Source: an uncultured Eubacteriales bacterium (GTDB taxonomy: Bacteria; Bacillota; Clostridia; Oscillospirales; Acutalibacteraceae). Taken from it: 25,704 bases of DNA. The number at the start of each line of letters is the position of its first letter. Within the stretch, counting starts at the first letter, position 1. A program made the translations under genes and the position numbers. Under the pieces are notes generated by a model. That model did no database searches, was not told where the DNA came from, and saw only the letters and a program-made list of their open reading frames with translations. Where the stretch lies: contig CAYYFY010000001.1 of NCBI GenBank assembly GCA_964471035.1, positions 1 through 25,704 on the forward strand, given 5' to 3'. Positions 14,837 to 23,621 of the stretch are shown here, in pieces.

Positions 14837-15835
14837 TTATCCGGAAATATTCACAATCCCGCGGCATTTCGGAAACTGCGAGCAGCCCCAGAAAGAACTC
14901 CCAACGTTGCCGCCCTTTGAGGCGGTTCGCTTGACCATCGGCGCGCCGCATTTCGGGCAAAGAGGCGTTTCGGATATATACGGTTTGGCGGGAACAGACA
15001 CAGAATTCGCGGCAGGCGTAACCGATTCTTCGGAAGTCACAGCGACAGTTTGAAACGCGGGTTTCGGACTATCCTGCTCTGCGGTGGTGTTCGTTCTGTA
15101 CTTTGCAAAATAGTCTGTTTTACACTCTGTATGTCTTTTTAAAAAGAACTTCGCCCAGCTTTCAATGTCTTTTTCATTTGCGGTAACGCCTCCGGGCTCG
15201 GCATTTATTTTATTGATATAGGAAATCAACTGATCCGCGCGGATAACACGGCTTTTAACGTCTTTAGGAGCATATTTCGCATTTAAAACCGTTTTTGGAT
15301 TGGCAAGCACAACGATATCGCGGTAATTATCCGAAAAGTTCCGATCAACCAAGGCTCTGACAAGGGCGTTGCTCTGCGCGTCGAGAACCATCGCTTTAAG
15401 TAAATCAAGATGCCTTTTACACTGCGTTATCGGAGAATAAATACCTTCCTTTTTATAACCGAAATTTCGGACGAAACTACCCGTATTATCAATCGCAATA
15501 TCTCCGTAAAGGTTTTTACATTCGACAATAAAAACACGCTTGATTGTAACCAAGAGATAATCTATTTGCGCGGTAAGTCCGGCGTGCTCAAAATATAAAT
15601 CATGCAGCACATACATCGGAATATGGCTGTTTTTCAACTCATACATTAAGGCATCTTCGCCGTAAATTCCCGCTTTTATTGCGGCGATATCATTTTCAAT
15701 CGCTTTTTTTATTTTTTCGTCGGTTTCCAATACCAACAGTTTCTCGAGTTCTTCAAGCTGCGCTTTAGCATTACTGTCCTCTTTAAAAATAACCGGTTCC
15801 TTGAATTTTGAAAATAATGCCATAATACGATTCAC
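14837..15835 (-). CDS. NERD-domain nuclease-like protein with C-terminal topoisomerase-type C4 zinc ribbon
   Basis: GIYGE..QIDYLLV..FIVECKN (PD-(D/E)XK-like NERD core); CPKCGAPMVKR..FWGCSQFPKC. Confidence 0.88.
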   Translation of the reverse strand: MNRIMALFSKFKEPVIFKEDSNAKAQLEELEKLLVLETDEKIKKAIENDIAAIKAGIYGEDALMYELKNSHIPMYVLHDLYFEHAGLTAQIDYLLVTIKRVFIVECKNLYGDIAIDNTGSFVRNFGYKKEGIYSPITQCKRHLDLLKAMVLDAQSNALVRALVDRNFSDNYRDIVVLANPKTVLNAKYAPKDVKSRVIRADQLISYINKINAEPGGVTANEKDIESWAKFFLKRHTECKTDYFAKYRTNTTAEQDSPKPAFQTVAVTSEESVTPAANSVSVPAKPYISETPLCPKCGAPMVKRTASKGGNVGSSFWGCSQFPKCRGIVNISG

Positions 15836-15852
15836 CTCTCATTGCGTAAATG

Positions 15853-15882
15853 AGTATACCATACCCTCCTTCGTTTTGTAAA
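15853..15882 (-). promoter_or_regulatory. Putative promoter of the NERD gene
   Basis: TTTACA, 18 nt, TATACT with extended TG; SD GAGGTG upstream of the ATG. Confidence 0.5.
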
Positions 15883-15918
15883 GTTTTTCTGTACCGAACT
15901 ATTCGCCGCATGAAAAAG

Positions 15919-15947
15919 TTGTCAAAGCACGTGATCTGTGATAAGAT
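15919..15947 (+). promoter_or_regulatory. Putative promoter of the symporter operon
   Basis: TTGTCA, 17 nt, TAAGAT with extended TG; SD AGGAGG at 15965-15970. Confidence 0.55.
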
Positions 15948-15977
15948 AATTTTATTCGGTATACAGGAGGTTACAAT

Positions 15978-17378
15978 GTGAAACGACTTCCCGAAAACAA
16001 CAAGATCACGCTCAGCGAATACATAGGCTACGGCATCGGGCCTATAGGCAAAAACCTGATGGCGCCCCTCGTCAACGGCGAGTACCTGCCGAACTACTTT
16101 CGGACATATCTGAAGATCAACAACGGCTTTCTCGCCGTGATGCTCTTCGCCTCGAAAATCTGGGACGGCGCCAACGACCTGATGATGGGCGCTATTATCG
16201 ACCACACCGATTCCAAATGGGGTAAATTCCGCCCGTGGATCTTCTTCGGAGCCATTTTTAACGCCATGACCTCGGTGATGATCTATTTCAACCCGAATCT
16301 TTCGGGCGTCGGGATTTATGTCTATATCACGCTGCTGTATCTTTTGTGCGACGCCACGTTTACGATGATCGACGTCGGCTACTGGTCGATGATCCCCGCC
16401 ATGACGCTTGACGCGAAGGAACGCGACAAGCTCTCCATTCTGCCGCGGGTCACAGGCGCGCTCGGGGGGCTGTTCAGCGCGTTCACTTTAAATATCGTGG
16501 GCGCTCTCGGCAAAGGGGACACCCAGAAGGGGTATATCCGTTTTGCGCTGATTGCCGCCGTCGTCTATATCACGACCTCTACAATCTGCGCCGCGATGAC
16601 GAAGGAGCGGGTCGTGCTCGCGCCCTCGCAGAAGGAGCCCTTCTCATTCATACGCGCCGCCAGGATACTGTTTCGAAACGATCAGGCTTTGGTCGTCGTT
16701 GCCGTCATGGTGCTGTTCAACGCCGCATCGTGTATGCACGGGGGAACGATGATGTACTATTTTACCAATGTGCTGCTCAAACCGAAATCCTACGGCTTTT
16801 ATTCCATCACATCGGGAATCGTCGGCGGGATCGGGCTGTTCGGCGTGCCGATGGCTTCGAAAAAATTCGAGAGAAACAAGGTCTACCTTGCGGCGTATCT
16901 GCTCCCCTGCCTCGGCTATCTGCTGATGATCCTTCAGAACGCCGCCGCCCCAACTAACTTTATTTTCTTCGCGCTGTCGGGCATCATCCCCAGCGTCAGC
17001 TACGGCGCGATGAGTATGATGCAGAGCGTCATGCTCTCCGACGCCGTCGATTACGGGGAGTGGAAATACGGCGAGAGAAACGAGGGTATCATCTTCTCGA
17101 TGCTCACCTTCTTAAGCAAGATTTCAAACGGCATCAGCTATTTAATCCGGTATTCCTGCTTTGCCGCGGTGCGGTTCAACACGCAGGTCGGCGTGGCGAC
17201 GACGCCGGCGGCTGTCAGTATGATCAAATTCCTTCTGTTCTTCGTCCCGCCCGTTTTTCTTATCGGAGCTTTCGTTTTGCATAAGAAAAAGTTTAAACTC
17301 ACGCCCGCCTATATGTCGGACGTAACAGCCCAAATCAAGGAGCGGCGCGCGGCGCTAACGCCGAAAGGAGAAAACTGA
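15978..17378 (+). CDS. Glycoside-pentoside-hexuronide (MelB-like) cation symporter, MFS
   Basis: IWDGANDLMMGAIIDHTDSKWGKFRPW, YWSMIPAMT..ER, DAVDYGEWKYGERNEG; about 12 TM segments. Confidence 0.92.
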   Translation: MKRLPENNKITLSEYIGYGIGPIGKNLMAPLVNGEYLPNYFRTYLKINNGFLAVMLFASKIWDGANDLMMGAIIDHTDSKWGKFRPWIFFGAIFNAMTSVMIYFNPNLSGVGIYVYITLLYLLCDATFTMIDVGYWSMIPAMTLDAKERDKLSILPRVTGALGGLFSAFTLNIVGALGKGDTQKGYIRFALIAAVVYITTSTICAAMTKERVVLAPSQKEPFSFIRAARILFRNDQALVVVAVMVLFNAASCMHGGTMMYYFTNVLLKPKSYGFYSITSGIVGGIGLFGVPMASKKFERNKVYLAAYLLPCLGYLLMILQNAAAPTNFIFFALSGIIPSVSYGAMSMMQSVMLSDAVDYGEWKYGERNEGIIFSMLTFLSKISNGISYLIRYSCFAAVRFNTQVGVATTPAAVSMIKFLLFFVPPVFLIGAFVLHKKKFKLTPAYMSDVTAQIKERRAALTPKGEN

Positions 17379-17380
17379 CG

Positions 17381-18712
17381 ATGAAAAGCAGAACGGTCAC
17401 AATCGAAGGCTTTTTTTCTCCCGAGGATCAAGAAAAATACTTCTATATCCCGTTCGAGGTACCCGAAAATACCGAAAAAATGAACATCTCCTACAGCGTC
17501 GATAAGCCGGAGGGCTCTTGTATTGACTTCGGACTGATTTATCCGGACGGCAGGCAGAACGGGGCTTCAGGAGGCAGGACAAAGGAAATCGTCATCAGCG
17601 CGCGGTACGCGACGGCGGGCTACGAGCCCTGTGAGCCGCACGCGGGCACATGGCAGATCATAGCGGGCGTATACCGCGCCGGAGACGGCGTGAAGGTCAC
17701 CTATACGGTCGAGTTTCAATTTAAGGGAAACCGCTGGCTTAAAGGGGATACCCACACCCACACCTGCCACAGCGACGGAAAACTGACGCCGGAAGCCTTG
17801 CTTGCCCTCGCGCGTAAAAAACGCCTTGATTATCTCATCATAACCGACCACAACAACAACCGCGCGGGATATTCAAACCTGACCGCTCCGGACCTCACCG
17901 TTATAGAGGGTATGGAGCTTACCGCGTACAACGGCCACTGCAATCTCTGGGGAATACGAACGCCCTTTGAGGAGCCATACTGCGCGGAGAGCTTTGAGGA
18001 GTTCATAAGCCTTGCCGAAAAGGCGAAGGCTAATGGCGCGGTGATTTCCGTAAACCATCCCTGCTGCTCCCTGTGCGGCTGGCACTGGCCGCTGGAAGGA
18101 TTTCCGCTCGACGCGGCGGAGCTGTGGAACGGACCTCAGCATATCGATAATATGAAAGCGCTTAGCTGGTGGCACGGCGAGCTGCTGAGGGGCAGAAGGA
18201 TTGCCGCGGTCGGCGGCAGCGACTATCACCAGGATATAGCCGGTATCACCCGTCTTTTGGCTATCCCGACTACGGTCGTATACGCGGCGTCGTCCTCGCC
18301 CGCCGACATACTCGACGCGCTTAAAAACGGCAGAGCCGTGGTCACATCAAGCCCGAAGGGACCGATGCTCTATCTTAAATGCGGCAAGACAATAACGGGC
18401 GGCGAGACGGCTTTTCGGGACGGCATCACCGTGGAGCTGCGCGGCGAAAGGCTCAAAAAGGGACATCTGTTAGAGGTGTTCAACAACGATACAATCATTT
18501 ACAGCGCACCTATAAAAAATGCCGACTTAAACCTGAGCCTTCCCGTAGAATCGTCGGGCTTTGTACGGGCGCAGATTTCCCGTCAATACGGCAGAATCGT
18601 TTCAAGGGTATACCGCCGGATAGCCGGACACCTGATTCCCGCCGAAGCGAACGCGCCGCTGCCGCTGCCGCCGTTTATCACCTGCTTTACCAATCCAATC
18701 TGGTTTGTATAG
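17381..18712 (+). CDS. PHP-domain metallohydrolase (CehA/McbA-like family)
   Basis: GDTHTHTCHSDG, ITDHN, GMELT..GHCN, NHP, GGSDYH metal ligands, plus an N-terminal beta-rich domain. Confidence 0.82.
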   Translation: MKSRTVTIEGFFSPEDQEKYFYIPFEVPENTEKMNISYSVDKPEGSCIDFGLIYPDGRQNGASGGRTKEIVISARYATAGYEPCEPHAGTWQIIAGVYRAGDGVKVTYTVEFQFKGNRWLKGDTHTHTCHSDGKLTPEALLALARKKRLDYLIITDHNNNRAGYSNLTAPDLTVIEGMELTAYNGHCNLWGIRTPFEEPYCAESFEEFISLAEKAKANGAVISVNHPCCSLCGWHWPLEGFPLDAAELWNGPQHIDNMKALSWWHGELLRGRRIAAVGGSDYHQDIAGITRLLAIPTTVVYAASSSPADILDALKNGRAVVTSSPKGPMLYLKCGKTITGGETAFRDGITVELRGERLKKGHLLEVFNNDTIIYSAPIKNADLNLSLPVESSGFVRAQISRQYGRIVSRVYRRIAGHLIPAEANAPLPLPPFITCFTNPIWFV

Positions 18713-18723
18713 GGGGAAATACG

Positions 18724-19404
18724 ATGAATATAATCGCAGAAAAACTTATGGAATCCGCGAAAACCGGACAGGCTGTCACGCTCGCCTTTCTCGGCGACAG
18801 CGTGACGGCGGGCTGTTTTGAGGACGGCGCCGTCGACGAAGCCGCCGTCTACCATACCGTGCTCGGGCAAATGCTGCGCGAACATACCGGCGCGGCGGTA
18901 AAGACCCTCAACTTCGGCGTCGGCGGGGAAAACGCCGAGGCGGGGCTGCGAAGGCTTCAAAGCGTCATCGACGCGAAACCTGACCTCTGCGTCGTCGCCT
19001 TCGGGCTCAACGACGCCCCCGCGGGGGAAAGCCATCTCGCCGACTACGAGCGCTATATGTCGGAGATTCTGTCCGAGCTAATAAAGGCGGGAATCGAAGC
19101 GGCTGTGCTGACGCCGAATCTGATGAACGCGCGCCCCGCACTTTTAAGCTGCCCGCATTATCAGTTTTCACTTCTGACCGCCGAAATCGTGACAAGCGGT
19201 ATGCAGGAGCGGTACAGCGAAGCGGCAAAACGCGCCGCCTCAGAGTGCGGCGCGTTAGTTGCCGACTGCTTTTCCATATGGAAAGCGCTCTGGCAAGATG
19301 GCACCGATACCGATGCGATGCTCTCAAACGGGGTCAATCATCCGACCCGCGCGGCGCATATTCTGTTCGCCGAGGAGCTTTTTCGCGTATTGACGTCGGA
19401 TTGA
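18724..19404 (+). CDS. SGNH/GDSL hydrolase (esterase), about 226 aa
   Basis: FLGDSVTAG, NFGVGG, FGLND, NGVNHP. ATG at 18724 after AGGGGGA; the ORF-track extension to 18379 overlaps the PHP gene. Confidence 0.88.
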   Translation: MNIIAEKLMESAKTGQAVTLAFLGDSVTAGCFEDGAVDEAAVYHTVLGQMLREHTGAAVKTLNFGVGGENAEAGLRRLQSVIDAKPDLCVVAFGLNDAPAGESHLADYERYMSEILSELIKAGIEAAVLTPNLMNARPALLSCPHYQFSLLTAEIVTSGMQERYSEAAKRAASECGALVADCFSIWKALWQDGTDTDAMLSNGVNHPTRAAHILFAEELFRVLTSD

Positions 19405-19435
19405 AGACGGATTGTAACGGATTGAAGCCGAAAGC

Positions 19436-19464
19436 TTGCATTTTCCCGTATTTTCCTATATACT
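19436..19464 (+). promoter_or_regulatory. Putative proBA promoter
   Basis: TTGCAT, 17 nt, TATACT; SD-like AAGAGG before the ATG at 19498. Confidence 0.6.
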
Positions 19465-19497
19465 GTTTTATTATTCAAGATTAAGAGGTAATACGAA

Positions 19498-20283
19498 ATG
19501 GTTAGTCTTAAAGGTATGAAGCGGATCGTCATCAAGGTCGGCACCTCGACGCTCACGCACGAAACGGGAAAAACGAATCTGAAACGGATGCGCGAGCTTA
19601 CGCGCACGCTGTGCGATCTGTCGAACAGCGGGCTTGAGATAGCGCTGGTCACCTCGGGGGCTATCGGAGTCGGCGTCGGAAAGCTCGGGCTCAAGGGCAA
19701 GCCCGACGACACGCCGTCGCGACAGGCGGCTGCCTGCGTCGGCCAGTGTGAGCTGATGTTTTTGTACGACAAATTCTTTCAGGAATACGGCAATACAATA
19801 GGACAGCTGCTCGTCACCAAGAGCGACATCGAGAACGGCGAACGGCGGGAAAACCTGATCAACGCCTTTGAAAAGGTCTTTTCGTTCGGGGCGATCCCGA
19901 TTATCAACGAGAACGACTGCGTCGCCGTCGAGGAGATCGTCTACGGCGACAACGATAACCTGTCCGCGCAGGTAGCCCGCCTTATCGGGGCGGATTTACT
20001 GATTATTCTGACCGACACCGACGGTCTGTACGACAAGGACCCGCGCACCCACGAGAACGCCGTGCTCATACCGATTGTCGAAAAGATTGACGATGCCGTC
20101 TTAGCGCTTGCCGGAGGGCGCGGCAGCAGCCGCGGGACCGGCGGTATGCTCACCAAGGTACAGGCGGCGCGCTTTGCCGCCGAGGGCGGGATTCCGACGG
20201 TCATCATGAACGGCGAAAACCCAGAGGACCTGTATACACTCTACGGCGGACGGCAGACCGGAACACTGTTTTTGGGGGAATAA
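19498..20283 (+). CDS. proB: Glutamate 5-kinase (short form without PUA domain)
   Basis: IVIKVGTSTL, VTSGAI, AACVGQ, PIINEND, GDNDNLSA, TGGMLTK. Confidence 0.96.
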   Translation: MVSLKGMKRIVIKVGTSTLTHETGKTNLKRMRELTRTLCDLSNSGLEIALVTSGAIGVGVGKLGLKGKPDDTPSRQAAACVGQCELMFLYDKFFQEYGNTIGQLLVTKSDIENGERRENLINAFEKVFSFGAIPIINENDCVAVEEIVYGDNDNLSAQVARLIGADLLIILTDTDGLYDKDPRTHENAVLIPIVEKIDDAVLALAGGRGSSRGTGGMLTKVQAARFAAEGGIPTVIMNGENPEDLYTLYGGRQTGTLFLGE

Positions 20284-20285
20284 CT

Positions 20286-21527
20286 GTGGATATAAATCTA
20301 ATTGGTCAAAGGGCTAAAGAGGCGAAAACGGCGCTCGCCGCGGCAAGCGCGTCTGTTAAAAACACGGCGCTAAAGTCGATTGCCGAGGCGCTGACACAGA
20401 ACGCCGCCTACATCATTGCCGAAAATCAAAAGGATCTACAGGCGGGCAAAGAAAACGGCATGTCCGCTTCGATGCTCGACCGGCTCGCGCTGTCAACAAG
20501 CCGTATCGAGGGCATGGCTAAGGGCGCTTTAGAAATTATGGCTGAAACTGACCCGGTCGGGCGCGTGCTCATGGGGAGCACGCTCGTAAGCGGTCTGCGC
20601 ATGAAAAAAATAACCGTGCCCTTAGGTGTCGTCGCGGTGATCTACGAGGCGCGCCCCAACGTGACCGCCGACGCGGCGGCGCTGTGCCTGAAAGCCGGAA
20701 ACGCCGTCATCCTGCGCGGCGGCAAGGAGGCAATACACTCCAACAAAGCCATCGCAGAGGTCATGCGTGGCGCGGTCGAAAAGGCGGGACTGCCCGCGGA
20801 TGTCATCAATCTGATTGAGGACACGGCGCGCGAGAGCGCACAGGCGCTCATGCGTATGAACAAATATGTCGATGTGCTCATCCCCAGGGGCGGGGCGGGG
20901 CTTATTAAATCCTGCGTCGAGAACGCGACGGTGCCGGTTATTGAGACGGGCACGGGCAACTGCCATGTCTATGTCGACGAGAGCGCCGACATCACGATGG
21001 CGGTCAGCATCACAGTCAACGCCAAAACCTCGCGCGTGTCGGTCTGCAACGCCTGCGAAAGCCTGATAATCCATGAAAAAATTCTTGCAAAGGCGCTGCC
21101 CCCCATCGCCGCGGCTCTGCGCGGGAAAAACGTGGAGATACGCTGCGACGAAAAGGCTCTCGCCGTACTGCCCGACGCCGTATTGGCGACGGACGAGGAT
21201 TTTTATACCGAATATCTCGATTACATCATCTCCGTAAAAACGGTGAAAAGCACCGACGAGGCGATCGCCCATATCAACAAATACGGCACGGGGCACAGCG
21301 AAGCCATCGTCACAAAAAGCCTTGCCGACGCCGACAAGTTCACGCTTCGCGTCGACGCGGCAGCCGTCTATGTCAACGCCAGCACGCGCTTCACAGACGG
21401 CGGCGAATTCGGCTTCGGCGCGGAGATCGGCATATCGACACAGAAGCTCCACGCGCGCGGTCCCTTAGGACTGGGCGAGCTTGTGTCGGTCAAGTATATT
21501 TTAAACGGCGACGGACAAGTCCGATAA
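20286..21527 (+). CDS. proA: Glutamate-5-semialdehyde dehydrogenase
   Basis: VPLGVVAVIYEARPNVT, LIPRGGAGLI, GTGNCH, VCNACE, NASTRFTDG.EFGFGAEIGISTQKLHARGP. Confidence 0.97.
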   Translation: MDINLIGQRAKEAKTALAAASASVKNTALKSIAEALTQNAAYIIAENQKDLQAGKENGMSASMLDRLALSTSRIEGMAKGALEIMAETDPVGRVLMGSTLVSGLRMKKITVPLGVVAVIYEARPNVTADAAALCLKAGNAVILRGGKEAIHSNKAIAEVMRGAVEKAGLPADVINLIEDTARESAQALMRMNKYVDVLIPRGGAGLIKSCVENATVPVIETGTGNCHVYVDESADITMAVSITVNAKTSRVSVCNACESLIIHEKILAKALPPIAAALRGKNVEIRCDEKALAVLPDAVLATDEDFYTEYLDYIISVKTVKSTDEAIAHINKYGTGHSEAIVTKSLADADKFTLRVDAAAVYVNASTRFTDGGEFGFGAEIGISTQKLHARGPLGLGELVSVKYILNGDGQVR

Positions 21528-21537
21528 CGGAGGAACT

Positions 21538-22791
21538 ATGAGCAGCTTTGACCTTGTTGTAATCGGCGGCGGCTTTGCGGGCGCCGCGGCGGCTGCCGCG
21601 GGAGCGCGGCAGGGACTCAGCACGCTGTTAGTCGAGAGCGCCGGATGCCTCGGGGGCGCGGCGTCGAACAACCTCGTCTACCCGTTCATGAGCTGGTGGA
21701 CAAAAATCGAAAAGGAGCGCGTCCCGCTGACGAGAGGGATTTTTGAGGAAATCCGCAGCCGGTATTTAAGCTTAGTTCCCGACGGCGATTATCAATTTTT
21801 TAACACGGAATATATGAAGGTCGTCTTAGACCGGCTCGTCACGGAGAGCGGTGTTAACGTGCTGTTTGATACGACGCTCACCGGCGCGGATATCGATGGT
21901 GAAAAAATCGATTGTGTCACTCTTTCGGTCAAGGGGCAGACCTTAAAGGTCGCCGCCAAATGCTTTATCGACGCTACAGGCGACGCCGAGCTGTCCTTTT
22001 TGGTCGGATGCCCGTGCCGCTTGGGGCGCGAGCCGAAAGACTCCCTCTGCCAGCCAATGACGCTCTGCTTTCGCGTCGTAAACGTCGATATCGCGGGGTT
22101 CGTCGAGCAAAAGCCGCAAATGCAGGCGCTCTATAAAGAGTGTCAAGCCGATGGGAAAATCCTGAACCCGCGCGAAAATATTTTAGCTTTTTTGGGACTG
22201 GGCGAGGGCGTCGTCCATTTCAACTCAACGCGCGTCGTGCGCTTGAATCCTATTGACCCGTTCGAGCTGTCAAAAGCGGAAATGCTCGCGCGCGAGCAGA
22301 TGCTGGAGCTGTTTACGTTCTTAAAAGACAATTTCGCGTGCTTCAAGGACAGCGCGCTTCTGACCTCGGCACAGAAAATCGGTATCCGCGAAAGCCGCAT
22401 GATCGACGGAGAATATGTGCTGACGGAGGAAGACCTGAAGGCGTGTACAAAGTTCCCCGACGGCATCGCCGCCGGAAACTACGACATCGACATACACAAC
22501 CCCGAGGGGACAGGTACAAGCCACTACTATTTTCCGGACGGCGCGTACTACACCATCCCCTACCGCTGTCTGGTGCCGCGCGGGGTCAATAACCTGCTTA
22601 CGGCGGGGCGCTGTATCTCGGCGACGCACGAGGCGCAGGCGTCTATCCGCATCATGCCCATCTGCTGTTCGCTCGGCGAGGCGGCGGGCGTCGGCGCGGC
22701 AATAGCCGTAAAGGATACCGTGAGCGCAAAGAACGCCGATACGAAAAAAATCCGTGCCGTTTTAAAAGCGAACGACGCGGTCATCGATTAG
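21538..22791 (+). CDS. FAD-dependent oxidoreductase (FAD_oxidored/PF12831-like)
   Basis: VVIGGGFAG Rossmann motif, FIDATGDAEL, IGIRESR, YTIPYRCLVP..NLLTAGRCISATHEAQASIRIM. Confidence 0.88.
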   Translation: MSSFDLVVIGGGFAGAAAAAAGARQGLSTLLVESAGCLGGAASNNLVYPFMSWWTKIEKERVPLTRGIFEEIRSRYLSLVPDGDYQFFNTEYMKVVLDRLVTESGVNVLFDTTLTGADIDGEKIDCVTLSVKGQTLKVAAKCFIDATGDAELSFLVGCPCRLGREPKDSLCQPMTLCFRVVNVDIAGFVEQKPQMQALYKECQADGKILNPRENILAFLGLGEGVVHFNSTRVVRLNPIDPFELSKAEMLAREQMLELFTFLKDNFACFKDSALLTSAQKIGIRESRMIDGEYVLTEEDLKACTKFPDGIAAGNYDIDIHNPEGTGTSHYYFPDGAYYTIPYRCLVPRGVNNLLTAGRCISATHEAQASIRIMPICCSLGEAAGVGAAIAVKDTVSAKNADTKKIRAVLKANDAVID

Positions 22792-22802
22792 AGGGATTAA
22801 CC

Positions 22803-23609
22803 ATGCAGGACGATTATTTCAAAGAATTTGAGGTTGAAACGGCAGAGGAGCTAACGCCGACTTCGTCGGCGTTGCCGACTGCACCGGCTGCGCCGGAAAA
22901 ACCGGCGCAGCCGGAGAAGCCTCTGGCGCCGCCGAAGCCGAAAAAGCGCAAGCGCAAGTACCCCTGGGCGTTCCCGCTCGGGGTCGTCATGCTGCTTTTA
23001 ACGCTTGTCGGCATCGGTACTATCGTTTCGGCGGTCGTCGGCTTCATACGCGAAAAGACCGACAATACCGAAGAACTGGAACACTACAACCAATACCTTA
23101 CCTGGGTCGTCGCCAACGACCCCGACTCGTTCGACGACATCTCCAAGGCTAACATGACCCATCTGCTCGACATCTCCATCCTGTCGCTGATCTACGACTC
23201 CGTAAACACCGCCGATTACGAACTGACCGACGAGGGCTTGCGCGTTCCGGTGGCACAAGTGGAAGCCTACTACAAAAAGCTGTTCGGCACGGAGCTGCCT
23301 ATTGTCCACGGCACGGTCTCACAGACCGCCTATACCTTCACCTACAACGCGCAGAACGCCTGTTACTATGTCCCCGTAACCGGCGTCACCCCGCCGTTCA
23401 CCCCGCGGGTGACCGCGGTCAATAAAGCGCGCGAGTCTATAGTCATCACCGTCGGTTACATCGGCACCGAAAAGCTCTCGGTCGCCGCCGACGGGTCGAT
23501 TAAAGCCGCCGAACCGGACAAATATATGAATATCACTCTGCGCAAATCGGGCGGCGTTTTCTGTATCTACGCGATACAGGCGGCAAACGCGCCGGAGACT
23601 GGAAGTTGA
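22803..23609 (+). CDS. Hypothetical single-pass membrane protein (acidic/Pro-rich N-terminus, basic patch, TM helix, external domain)
   Basis: SD AGAGG; APEKPAQPEKP, PKPKKRKRKY, then a hydrophobic stretch; host-like codon usage. Confidence 0.75.
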   Translation: MQDDYFKEFEVETAEELTPTSSALPTAPAAPEKPAQPEKPLAPPKPKKRKRKYPWAFPLGVVMLLLTLVGIGTIVSAVVGFIREKTDNTEELEHYNQYLTWVVANDPDSFDDISKANMTHLLDISILSLIYDSVNTADYELTDEGLRVPVAQVEAYYKKLFGTELPIVHGTVSQTAYTFTYNAQNACYYVPVTGVTPPFTPRVTAVNKARESIVITVGYIGTEKLSVAADGSIKAAEPDKYMNITLRKSGGVFCIYAIQAANAPETGS

Positions 23610-23621
23610 GCGCTTACGCGC

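Noticed and set aside
18379-18723. N-terminal 115 aa of the ORF-track SGNH protein
   Set aside because: It is an out-of-frame overlap with the PHP gene; the family motifs and SD support the start at 18724.
19498-20283. proB truncation (missing PUA domain) as a pseudogene
   Set aside because: PUA-less glutamate 5-kinases are a known natural form; the ORF is intact and coupled to proA.
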